A program made the translations under genes and the position numbers. A stretch of DNA of 64,000 nt from Lytechinus pictus (lineage: Eukaryota): contig NC_087245.1 in assembly GCF_037042905.1 (NCBI RefSeq), forward strand, positions 1,862,001-1,926,000, written 5' to 3'. A model generated the notes under the pieces. It was not told the DNA's origin. It saw only the letters and a list, made by a program, of their open reading frames with translations, and did not search any database. Below, in pieces: positions 28,399 to 40,783 of this stretch (position 1 is its first letter; each line of letters starts with the position of its first letter).

Positions 28399-31300
28399 TG
28401 CATACACAGACGAAGCGACACTAAAAAAAAAATCCTGATTTCACAACATAAGGAATAGTTTCCCTAATTAACTTCTGCGTTGCCTGGTAACCTCAACATT
28501 GGCACGAAATCGTGCATGCAATCTCAACCTAGACCTTCAGAGCTCTTTAAGTTTTTAGGTGAAGAGGGCATTTCTGTTTCGTATTCAAAGCATGAACAAC
28601 ATTACGAATATAAATCATCACATTAAGAATGTGTAAACCTGCATCGTTGGCATACATACTGATACTCTTATATTTGTGAATTAATGAGATGCCACATACT
28701 TCACCGGTGCTCTGTTAGTAATTGTATCTGGCCATGCAGCTTGTCCGGGCAGTTGACTTAGTTTATGTGTTCAGTAAATGAAATAACTTAATCAAATCGA
28801 GTTATCATATTCCGCTGGTATGGATGTTTTGAACATAATTATTCTTTCTCTTACATGCACTGCATGAACAAAATTTGAAGTTTCGCTCAAAAGTAAAACT
28901 ACATGCCTTCTTGTTGTGTTAGCTGATACTGAAACAGGCATGCCGGAAATTGTTATCCATTGGCCCGCACACACACACACACACACATATTTGCTCATGT
29001 ATTCACAACCTACATCTTACACATTTCTTCTTTTATGATCGAGGTGATTAATTGTTAAGGTGTAAATTAATTTCTTTGTACCATCTGATCTCAGCAAGAA
29101 CAAATCGACTTTCTGGGATCTCTGCATTACCCCCATTACAGTGTAAGATTAAGATTTTTAATTTGATTTTCAGGGTGACAGTATTTCAGTGTTATTAGTA
29201 CATATTTCCAAGTGGTGAAAGCAGCCTGTTTTCACACATACTGCATCATTATTTCACACTTCCTTCTCTCTTTCTTGTCTTTTTTCTTCTCTATTCTATT
29301 TCAACCCACCCCTCCCCTAGCTATATGTCCCAAACCAAAACGTTAAGTCAGCATTTGTAAGGAGAGAGGAATTACAATTTATTTTTGCAAAATTATATGG
29401 TATTGCAAAGCTGATGGAGAATAAAATTGACAAAATGTGTTGATTATTGTTTTAGGGAGTGGTTATTTAGTCATATCGGTTGACATTTCTGAAGTTCACT
29501 GGAAGACTTAATGGGTTTTGAAGGAGAAAAAGGTACTTCAACTCAACGATATGATTCCGTTAGGTCTAACAGAGCCCATATCCCGTGATTAAAAAGCCCC
29601 CTACTTGACTTTCAATTTGGTGAAATTCAAAGTGACGTAAAAAGTATTAATAAGCACATGAACCTACATTATTTTTGAAAAATTGAGTTATACAGGTGAC
29701 AATGTTACTTTGTTGAGGTTTGGTTAAAATCAACTGTGGAACGATTTTTCAGATTGGATCTTTCCATGATTCAGTAATGCACAGCCAATGTGTACCAAAG
29801 TACAATTTTATGCACCTTAGTAAAATTATATTGGGTCTTAATATTCGTTCACCCTTAGGTAATTTTAAATGAAGGTAAAGTCAATGAGTCATTTAAAGCC
29901 ATGCAAAGAGTAAATATTTTCTTGAAATATTGAATGTCTTTTTTCGTTTCCATCTTGATGTTTGATTATCATTTGAAAATAAAATGGAGAAGAGAAGTAG
30001 CAACAACCGACATTCGCAGGATCTCTAGATTGCCTTGATTACTGCGGTGAAAAATATACTTCGGTAAACAATTTAATCCATGTACCACAGTCCTAACCAC
30101 GTGACTATAGGACAATATCAGTTATTTTGGAAATCAGATCTTTGGCTGGATGAATTCATTCATCATCTGCTAAGCATCACACTGAAGCTGGACGATATGA
30201 AGAATTATCCCTTATGGACTTGGCATGATTATGTGTTGACAAGTTCTTCATTTCTAATTCTGCATGACATGATTCAAATAGCCACATGAAATGCTTGCGA
30301 AACGTGAGTTAATTCTTGGTGACTACGCAGGCTGATCGTCGGGAGAAGCAGGTGGAACTAGAAATACCTTCGACCTCGTTCTCAAAGGGGTTATGCTACA
30401 GGTTAAAAAATAAAGAATATTATAAGATATATTCAAGCAGCAGAATTTGGGTAAACAAACATACCTGGAATGGAATAAGAATAAAGTGAGATCATTACAG
30501 AGAAGACAACATTGAAGTAGACTAAGATAAAGGAAATTAATAAATTCAATTAATTATGGCTCCTACTTTCTTGCTGTACCTCGTAGTGACTTCAGTAGGG
30601 GAGTCTACTATATTAAGTCTTTAAATCTTAGACATGCTAGAACACGATTTGTAAGCAATATTGCAAAAAGGGCACCTATCAAATCATTTTAATAATAATA
30701 AATTTAAGTATAAAATGAATCACTGATCAAACACAATACGGTAATTGAAAATGAACCATTTAACAGGAGGTTAAACTTTACTGTTCCGACAAAAAATTAG
30801 CAGTGAATAACAATATTTCTGTACAGTGCTTTGATATAACAAATATTAAGCGATATGCCTTTACGAAAAGCAGAAAAGTGTTATATTATTACAATGGGAC
30901 GACAAGCACAATGTATTATGTAATGAATATGAATTCGTTTCTGTCAAAACAGTGTAGGACAGGAAGATAGATCGACATCAACACTCATATGTTTTCATAC
31001 GGAGTGGCGCCGTGTACGGTTTCGTCACGTGACAAGGTAGTTTTTACCAATCATAGCTTCCTCAGGCCGTGTATGACACGGTGTACGGCTTTCACTGTTG
31101 TTCAAGCTGGTGTGTGTTTTAATTTTTTGGATTAATTATCGATAACCACTCCTAATTTTTTTACAGCCCCTCTCACCTCACCCCCCCCCCCTCTCCCCCC
31201 TCTCTCTCTCTCTCACTAACTCTTTCACACACAAACACATCAAAACGTACATACGCATACTCCTACACCGACTCTCTTTATCTAATTTTACCTAGATTTC

Positions 31301-32855
31301 GTTTTCTCTTCCGTTCATATTGATCTAGCCAATTTCCTATCACTTTTTAATCTTTCTTTCATCACTCCCTTTCGGCTTTGAGTTATGTTAATCATTTTCA
31401 CCCCACCAACCCTCTCGCTCCAACCTCCACCCCCCCCCCCCCCTCTTGCCGTCTCCCCTTTCTCTCTCTCCCACACACACACTCACACACAGTTCCTCTT
31501 CATCAACGCGGTATCTTTTGTATCAATGGCGTTGGATAAACTCTTTCATAATGAGCGAGATCTTCCTTTCAGATGCACCTGCATACCCTGAGGCAGCCTC
31601 TCTGAAAATAAGATCTCTCCCTCTTTAAATCTCACCAAAACATGCTTGAACTCTCCCCTGTCTCCATATCACCACAAAGAAATGCGATTATATCAAAACT
31701 CTCTCGCTCATAATCGGGTTCTTGTGTTTTAATAAGAAGATGTTCACTTCATGAAATGAAAGAAAAAACAACAAAAACCCGAATTGTAACCTAGTTACAT
31801 GTCTCGTTGATTTGCTGTAGGGAGAGCACTAATTCATTGCATTGCTGCATAAAGCAGAACATTTTAATCTATTTGAATTAAAAATATTTATAATTGGATA
31901 ACCTTAACATATATCAGTTTGGAGGATTAATTGATGTGTTTCAATCACAAACAATTGATTACTAATCCAAAGGTGGTATTTGATGATCGTTTTATTAAAT
32001 GAAGCTTAGTAGAATGTGTAATAAACATTTAAAATGATAAAAGTTATTTATAGAGCCTTCTTGTATCTTTCTTTGTTTGGTTTAGAAAAGCGTATTCATT
32101 CTAGCATAAATATGAAATATGCTTTATGATTTTAAAATGATGTAAATGAAACTTGATTCGCATGAACTGTTTCCCGGCCGTTTGGGATAGACATCATGCA
32201 CGTACTGAGATAAATTCTCTAAATTTCATCATTTGCGACAATACTTCATGTGCAAGTAATAAAGAATTTTTCAGGTCGATTCGGTTGATTTCACGAAGTT
32301 TGAACGAATTCAAATTCACATTAAATTCGGTTTTATCAAAATTTACTCATCAAAAAGTCCAAAGACTAACAATGTGAGTTCACAATTAAAAGCATCAAAT
32401 ATAACATATCAGTACTTCTATATTGAATGAAATCACATTATGCAAGAATGCCGGGTGCTACACATTTTCTCCTAATTCTGTTCCGGCTACGCCCCGACGG
32501 GACTTGCTTTCTACACACTTTACTCCAATTGATCCAAGTAGAAAATTCAGTTTTAAATGCTAATGTGGAAACGATACACGCAGAGTGAGAGGTGAAGTTT
32601 ATTTTCAAGCGTGTCAATTACTCTATTTTCAGTGTTAGAAATGTGTAATATAGTTAGTGGATGAGGGAGGGTGAATAGCGGAGCAAAACAGATGACATGC
32701 GATCGGGGTCTATTTTATTGTTTCGTCAGAGGATGTGAAAATGTAACCCGTACTACCAATACAGCTGGGATTCAGAAAAGTTATTGAAAAGCGAAAATAA
32801 CCACTTGTTACTTGAAATTGTTTTTGCGAGTTACTTAAAGTTCCTTTTCAATTAA

Positions 32856-33438
32856 AGGAGAATGAAACCTTTGGAACAAGATAGCATGTGTGAAAACAGA
32901 AAAATCAAAGAAACAGATCAACAAAAGTTTGAGAAAAGCGGACAAATAATGAGAAAGTTATGAGCATTTGAATATTGCGATCACTAATGCTATGGAGATC
33001 CTCAAATTGGCAATGCAACAAAGATGTGTGATGTCACTTGTGAACAACTCTTCCCATTACTTTAGTATATATTTCATTTAAATTGCCTCTTTTATCACAT
33101 CTATCAGTAGATCATGTGTTCTTTCTATAGGAGGGCATGTAAAACAGATTTTTAAAGAATACATCATGGATAAAGAGTTTGTATCACCACAAGAAAAGCA
33201 GAAAGAGACATTTTGAAGGTATTTCATAGTCCATCAAAGGGAAAGTTGTTCACATGTGACATCACACATCCTTGTCGCATTGCCAAATGGAGGATCTCCA
33301 TAGCACTAGTGATTGCAATATTCAAATGCTCACAACTTTCTCATTATTTGTCCGATTTTTCTCAAACATTCTTTGTTCTTATTCTTTGATTTTTCTGTTT
33401 CGACACAAGCCTACTTATTCCAAAGGTTTCATTCCCCT
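32856..33438. mobile_element. Kolobok-type non-autonomous transposon, family B copy 1 (583 bp)
   Basis: TTAA TSDs (32852-32855, 33439-33442). Purine-starting termini AGGAGAATGAAACCTTTGGAA ... TTCCAAAGGTTTCATTCCCCT with long imperfect inverted arms. Near-identical copy at 62999. Confidence 0.85.
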
Positions 33439-33529
33439 TTAATAGATTTAAACATATATGATAAAAATCTTGTTTTCAATGTTATTACTTCATACCCGTT
33501 TTCTCTCTCAATGTTATCGAAAGTGCTTA

Positions 33530-33604
33530 ATATAGGAGCGCCTTGAGCACCTAACAAGGTGGATATGTGCGCAATATAAATACCCTATATTATTATTATT
33601 AATT
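33530..33604 (+). mobile_element. 3' tail of an L2/CR1-group LINE or partner SINE
   Basis: AGCGCCTTGAGCAC...GGATATGTGCGCAATATAAAT followed by (TAT)n, the usual stem-loop plus short-repeat tail of L2-type retroposons. Confidence 0.6.
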
Positions 33605-35456
33605 AGTGATGACATAATTATTTTCATTTACAGCTTTTCCCCGTTCTGCAAATTTGAAAATATGTGATGCAGGTGATACTGTAATAATTTCTTCTTCTTT
33701 CCACGTACTTCTTATAACAATAAAGAAAATCGCTTTCGGCTTTAATTCGCATTTGTAGATAATGTCATCTTCAGAAGACATATTTATTTGGATTAACTTA
33801 ACTCAGGTAGTCGCAACATACGGTGGCTTTATTATAAATATCAAGGTCAATTGTCATCATATCATCATAGATCTAGATCTAGTACGTTTACGTAAACCAA
33901 ACTTTGTGAAATCAGGAATTCTAAGCTGAAGATTGAACACACTGGAGATCGTCATCAAACACGTGACGTGTCATGCAAGTGGGACTGTTTATAGTTAAGA
34001 TACTACACCTGACTGGAAGGCCATACTTTTTTCCTAATTTCTCATTAATTGGGTTTTTCAACCGGATTAATTTGGCACATATTTCTTTTTTACTTATACA
34101 TATATACAAACATTTGGGTGGTCATTTGATAAGATTTACTTTAGACCTATATCGTTACCATAATGTCATTATATTGAATGTCTGATTCCAATGACCAAGT
34201 ATCATTTCGTTTCATGTGTGACAAGATATTGTTCAATATCAAGTATTAGATCTGAATAATTATATCATCAGTAATCACTTGATTAAGAACTGAGTTCTTA
34301 AATTGTGACTTATTTTCCTTTTAGTTGTTCACATTGGTATATGTTTATCAATAAAGCGGGATATGACTTAGTCTTTCTATAATCATAACTTATAAATTTG
34401 ATTAATCATCGGGCTACAGATTGTAATGAGTCGATTCCTTTGAACATCTCTTCATTTGTCTTTAAATATGATCTCATAAGCCCCCCCCCCAAAAAAAAGC
34501 GTTAATATTTCGATCCGTAATGTCTTACCTTCCTTGAGTTTCCTAATATAATTAATGTTTACATTCTTATATGACGAAATAATTAATTCATAGTTTGACA
34601 ATTGATATATAGACAATTCAGTACAATATTTGGATTTTGAACCATTTTGGAACAAGGAGGATATCACATACCAAACACATAAAGCAATTAAGGCATATGT
34701 TGTAAATACAAAATCATGAATGATGTGATTTTGCCTTGATATCTGATTTGACGAGATAATGAAAGAGTAATGGGACTGATATTAAACTAAGTTAGTAAGA
34801 CATCTTAAATCAACCTGCCGATCATGCACTTAAGATATTCGAAGTATTTCGCATTTGCTTGATATATGAGCCAAAACAATATAAGCATGCTACACCTTTG
34901 CTGTTTGATTTTGTCTATTTTGTATGCAAAATAAACACACAACAAAGAAACCACAATCTTGTATTCCGAGTCGAAATAAAATCTAATGATTCGATTGATG
35001 CTGACACCATTGCCCGAGACGTGCAAGGACAAATAATACAATCGGTATAATACATCTACTTAATCCGCCTCTGGCAATTCTTTTGAGAAATTGAGACGAA
35101 TTCTTTGAAAGTAGAATTGTTGTAACGTAAGTGACATGTCTTAAGGTTGTGCATGAAGGGACACTCCTGAATCCTTGTTCGTATATGTAAATGTATTCCA
35201 AGCACTTGACATCGCTAACCTATTTCGGGTATAGCTTTGCATACTGCAATGTCAAAAAGGCCTCTAGTCCCGCTCATAGAATAGAGCGTATCCATTCATC
35301 GTGGGTGCTAAATGATATCATGTGTTTTATTTTTGAGTATGCATATCAATATAGAATTAAACTAAGGTTTCTTGTGTAAGATTTTTTGAATGGCTCTTAA
35401 AGGAAAACAACTTGGGAATGATGGAAACAAAACAATAAAGACGCAAACAATGTCTT

Positions 35457-35505
35457 CTCATTCATTCATTCATTCATTCATCCATTCATTCATTCATTTC
35501 ATTCA
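35457..35505. repeat. (TCAT)n microsatellite
   Basis: Direct tetranucleotide run. Confidence 0.9.
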
Positions 35506-35587
35506 TAATTATGACAGACAATAGTTTCATTCGGTTAGTTTGTTTCGTTTGTTTGACTCTGCATTAAAGTAAGGCTCATCTATGAAG

Positions 35588-35660
35588 ATACTGTGGCCCA
35601 GTGGTCTAAGGTGTCTGGCAACACATGTGAAAGTCGAGGGTTCGATTCCCGATCCGATAC
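35588..35660 (+). mobile_element. tRNA-derived SINE head (or tRNA pseudogene)
   Basis: A box TGGCCCAGTGG (35594-35604) and B box GGTTCGATTCCC (35639-35650) at tRNA spacing. No intact cloverleaf. Confidence 0.7.
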
Positions 35661-36724
35661 TTACGTGTATGCTATATTATCAATGCTCTGTAATAATTGG
35701 TACTAACGTTTTAATATTCTTTCTCTCTATGTGTTTATGGGAAAACGACTTAAACAATTTGTTGAATCCAGTAATCATACTTCTCAAAATATATCCTATC
35801 CTGCTTTAATCTTTAGCAATATGGCATACTCGTTTCCTTATACCTTGATATCATGAAAATAATCCAAATGCATTGCAGGCATATGTATTTACATTGGAAA
35901 AATGTAAGTATCTCCTCCACACACGCCCTAACATAACGTGTAATAACCTCACCTTTCAGGTGGTGTATGATATCACAGTGCGTGGTATTTCTCATGAATG
36001 TTTAACACAATGTATTATGTACCTCCACCATTGATTGAGTAATGAATTATTAATTATCCTTGAGTTCAATGGCGTGAAAATGAAAATGATATGTGAAATC
36101 ATTAAATCATCCAAGACTTGCTAAGTCAACGTTGGGTGCAAACTCTTATCCATTAGGCTCACTTAAATTATGAAAGTGACGAAATGGTCGTGGCGATTAC
36201 TAATTGTTTCTATTTTTCTCCCCTTTATATTTTCTTACATGATCTGTTTCTGACGACCTGACATGTCGGTTTCGATTTGAACATCAACAGGTGAGTCATG
36301 TATTGATTTCCAGTCAAATTGTCACCATTTCGTTGAATGTTTTCTGCATCATTGCAAGAATCGTTTTATTTTTTTACCGCATTATATAAACGTATCTGTC
36401 AATACGAACGCAACTGATCGTTCTCATACGAGGTTTTCAAAAATTCGATAGCGTTTATTTCTTTTTATATACCTCATACTAAGATTGTTATCTCTGATTG
36501 GTCAAAACTGCATCATGTGACGCGGTGCAATTCCGTCTATCATCGTCTCAGGGGTTTGATTTATAAACCCTCTGATAGTACTCGTAACCCCTGAGGGCGG
36601 GACCACAAGTTGTGTTTCGATGCGCGCATCTAGCTGGCTCGAGCTAACTGGCTGCGCTTTGCTGCGCTGCTACTGCTCGGTCATGTACGCGCAGTCAACG
36701 GCGCGCTTGCTATCGGTTTTCCCG

Positions 36725-36893
36725 GTGGGTATTTCATAAAGCTGTTCGTAAGTTAAGAGCGACTTAAAGAACGACTGGTGATCCTTTCTTGTGGTAAATG
36801 TATATACATTGGCGATGGTTTAGCGCGTAAGAAAGGATCACCAGTCGTTCTTAAAGTCGCTCTTAACTTACGAACAGCTTTATGAAACGGCCC
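36725..36893. mobile_element. Family A MITE copy 2 (reverse orientation)
   Basis: Same arms as 17886-18056; the central spacer is the reverse complement. Flanks CCG / CAG. Confidence 0.9.
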
Positions 36894-37744
36894 CAGGGGG
36901 CCGTTGCAGAAAGAGTTACAATCAAATGCATCTTTAAAAACCATGCGCAATCCATGTCATTTTCACTAAATTTTGCACATAGATACTTTAGCACCTGAAT
37001 ATTCCAAATATGCAAAAATCAACATGGGTCAATTTTTTGCTATAGAGCTTCAAAGTTTACCTAAATGGATTTTCTTAATAATTGAGCATTCAAAATAATT
37101 TTGCATTTTTAAACCTCATTAGATCACTACAATGTTTAAAACTCATTTTCTCATCCAAATTCCATGAAAATTTCATCAAATTTCGCTATATAGTTAACAA
37201 TTATATCCGTAAGATGGAAGATATATTTATATTGCTATATGTTTGCTCTTTTAAGTGTAACAGCACTGTCAGTTCTTAAAAATTGTGTGAAAGATAGCAA
37301 AAACCCAATCTAACATTAATGTAATATTTCAATAACAAACTTGAGAAGTACAATAAATGCTGCACTTTATCAAAACCCATGTCTTTTCATCAAATTTTGC
37401 AAAGTTGTAGAGGAAGGTATACCTAAGAGGTGTAAGCATTAAAAAAGGGGTTTATGTGCTCGTTTTCAAACTATCAGCACTTGTTTTTTGAGCAAATTGT
37501 TTTTTAAAAACCAAAAACGCACCAAAGGCATTGTATCTATGTGAAAAGAAGTTCCAAACCACTTTACGATTTATTCGAATTCAGGGTCATATTCGTCATA
37601 CTTTGCAGCGCTGCAGAGTACAGTATTTGGGAATTGTAGAGGTATTTTTTAAAAATGGTTCATGGATTAATTCCATTTCGTTAGCTTCATAAAATTTTAC
37701 ATCGGATCTTCACTTAATAGAGTGCGGTTAATGAGAAAAATCAG

Positions 37745-37914
37745 GGGGCCGTTTCATAAAGCTGTTCGTAAGTTAAGAGCGACTTTAAGAACGACTGGTG
37801 ACCCTTCTTACGCGCTTAACCATCGCCAATGAATATACCATTTACCACAAGAAAGGATCACCAGTCGTTCTTAAAGTCGCTCTTAGCTTACGAATGGCTT
37901 TATGAAACGGCACC
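37745..37914. mobile_element. Family A MITE copy 3 (forward orientation)
   Basis: Same arms and spacer orientation as copy 1. Flanks CAG / CTG. Confidence 0.9.
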
Positions 37915-40689
37915 CTGCTCATTGATTAATCACCTCTTTATCCATTGTGACGTCAGCGCTCAGAGGGTGAAATATGCGAAGATCATGATGCGCACAAATT
38001 CAAATTGATATTAAAGTAACACTATAGTGGTCCTGAAATTGTATCGATTGGGGATAGAGTATTGTGATTATCGATGAGGTATATAAAACAAATATGGACT
38101 GCTATGTACATGTATTCGGATGACAGTGAAAGTCATCACTCCCTCGGTGCTTTTTATACCGGCCCTTCTATCACCCCTCGGCAAGGGCCTCGGGGTGATA
38201 GAAGGTCGGGTAAGAAACGCACCTCGGGAATGATAATTTACATATAGTATCTCTCATGCGCAGTCAATATTTGTATACTACAATTTATCGGGTTTCTTAG
38301 TATAATGTCTTCTATATTTTTTAAATCAACTCAATACCTTTGGGAAGTATTTGCTCACTATCCGCTTCTACTTAAAATCGAAGTATCATTCATAACTTGG
38401 TTTCAATGTATGTAATTGATATTATTGAACAGACGTACTCTTATAGCTTGCATCTAATTAGAAAGCCTATAATTATTATTCCCCTCCCATGAAGTAAATA
38501 AATAAAAACAAAAACAAACGAATAAATAAATAAGATATGGCATCCAATATATTGCGTTTGTTAGCTAATCATAATTCTACAACTCCTTCCATTCATTTCC
38601 GATGGTAATATCAAAACGAGAGCATAGATAAATCACCCCTTATGTTATCTTCTCTGCTAGATTGTTCTATATCTTTTATTTTCATGTGTATATTTGTGTC
38701 TTGAGGCTTAATACCCATGGGAAACCCAACTAGGAGCGTTTGCATAAAGTGTCCTTCCTCCTAGATTTCCTCTCCTGAGATGCGTTGCCATAGAAACGGC
38801 ACACATATTCGGTTCTTGACTAAATTAGAGACAGAATTTGAACCTTAAACACTGTGCTTATAAAACGCATTCAGGAAGTGACCTAACTTCAGTATTTTTC
38901 ATTAAACTTGCGCTCATCAATTTTTAATTAAAAGAAGAATACAGATGAACAGTATTTTTTCGGGCTTTTTAAGGATCACCTATCATTTTCAATGCTGATT
39001 TTTTAGCACGATAATGAACAAACCTAATTTAATTTAAGTCACTTTAATTCATGTGTTTTATTTTCTATTTTGTGGAAACAAAATGAATATTGTAAATTAA
39101 AATTAAATACAGTTTAGTTATATCCAACATATTCTTAGAGACGTGAAGACTAAAATATCAAAACAGTAGTAATATGTGATTAATAAAAATGATGCTGATC
39201 ATGAAATGATGAATTATGATTATGATAATAACGTTAATAATGGTGATAATGATTATTGGCAAGGTATGTTCAATGGTATCAACAGAAATAATTCATGATA
39301 TGCTAGTAATTCCGATAATCATGAGAAGAATAATGACGATCTCATTAGTTATAAAAATAACAATAAAGATATTGCTTAAAGTGATATAGATGAAAACAAT
39401 GATTGTCAACTTGAAAGGTCTGGAAAAAACTAAAACGGACCGCTAGCACTGAATTGTGGATGGTCAATGACATATACTACACTTATCACGTGATTTACTT
39501 TTAACTAATGGACAACAAGATTTCCAGGATGTGAAATCTATATTTTGTATTATTATATATACTATCATCATTCACAGTAATAACAAATAGAATATATGGC
39601 ATTTGAAATGATGTTTGCATCAATTAAATATAAGGGTCTGGAATGTTTTCGAGGAAAGATATTTCAGTGAAAGTGTGATCTTTCCATTATTCCTTTCATC
39701 GTCACCGTGTCATAAAAAGTCTGCTTCACCAAATCGCGTTGTTAACTCAATGTAAAGAGGTAGAAATTAAATCTTCATTTGATTTATTATTTTTTACAAA
39801 ACCACCTATATTTCTGTTTCAAAGAAATTTTAATTCTAAATTAAAACCGTGGCCTGTATATTCCATAAAAATTATGACAGATGGATATCAAAGAACCGCG
39901 ATGAATTATTGAATAATTTTTCTACGAAATCTAACCAGGAAAGATGGATAGAATCTTCCTTGATAATCCGTGACGAATAGTCAGACCGGAGAATCTACCC
40001 TTAAATTACGGTTAACCGTAAAGGTCAGTGACATCCTTGAATTTCTTAAATTAATTTCATATAATTTTAGGGCAATCATTTCCTTCAGCTTATCATCACT
40101 AATCTACCAGTGAAGCTTCCTGGTAACCTTTTGATAGTTACTTTTATTCATTTCCTGTGTTTAAATACACGAATTTGATTTCTATCACATAGCTGAATAC
40201 GAGGTTTACGATTCGAATTAAAAAGCGCATCGACCTTTCTAAAAACTGTTTTTCCTAAACGGACGAAAATAATAATAATAAATAAATAGACAAATAAATG
40301 AATGAATAAACAAATAAATAAATAAATAGTTTCAAAAAGAATGATAATAATGAATTAATAAATCATATCAATGTATAAATAAATAAGTAAAGAATGAAAG
40401 AAGAAATCCATAAATAGAACTTAAAAATAAAAATAAGAAACAGTATTTACGGCTTGGATATTGGTGAAATGTTTTATGGATAGCTGCATGGTGTATATGA
40501 ACAGCGTTTTTAATCAAAGTAATTCATGTAATTCATGATTTTCTATGCACAATGGACATTAACTTGTGGCACTGTATAGTGAAGGATATTTGACCAATTT
40601 GATAGGCGGTTGTGGGGGTGTGTGTGTGTGCGTATGTCTGTCTGTATTTGAGTTTTTACAGACATGTAACAATCAGAAATATAATTCAG

Positions 40690-40783
40690 GTGCGGGATAG
40701 ACGTGAACAGGGCTCGAACCTCTACATCAATTCGGAACTTCCCCATGTCGCTTGGATTACAGGTGCACGCCACAACGTTCAGC
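40690..40783 (-). mobile_element. 7SL(SRP) RNA Alu-domain-like head with Pol III B box: candidate 7SL-derived SINE or 7SL pseudogene fragment
   Basis: Minus strand reads GCTGAACGTTGTGGCGTGCACCTGTAATCCAAGCGACATGGGGAAG...GAGGTTCGAGCCCTG. By hand, 29 of the first 42 nt match the recalled human 7SL 5' end without gaps. B box GGTTCGAGCCC at about +64. 3' boundary unknown. Confidence 0.65.

Larger units (their letters stand above)
36463..38277 (+). mobile_element. Asymmetric hairpin-ended non-autonomous element (Crypton-like), family C copy 1, with nested insertions
   Basis: 5' end TTTTATATACCTCAT has a perfect subterminal inverted copy at 38074-38088, followed by a ~190-bp terminal hairpin (38088-38274). 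Shares CTCTGATTGGTCAAAACTG and overall layout with 56909-58437. The superfamily name is an inference. Confidence 0.7.

Noticed and set aside
28690..28760. Partial resemblance to miR-22-family sequence on the minus strand
   Set aside because: The matches are split between two places, no full mature sequence is present, and there is no convincing precursor hairpin.
35588..35660. Functional tRNA gene
   Set aside because: A and B boxes are present, but the acceptor and anticodon stems do not pair properly; treated as a SINE head.
40480..40783. Functional SRP (7SL) RNA gene
   Set aside because: Similarity ends after about 45 nt. No S-domain helix 6/8 motifs, and no 3' strand complementary to the 5' end, are visible.
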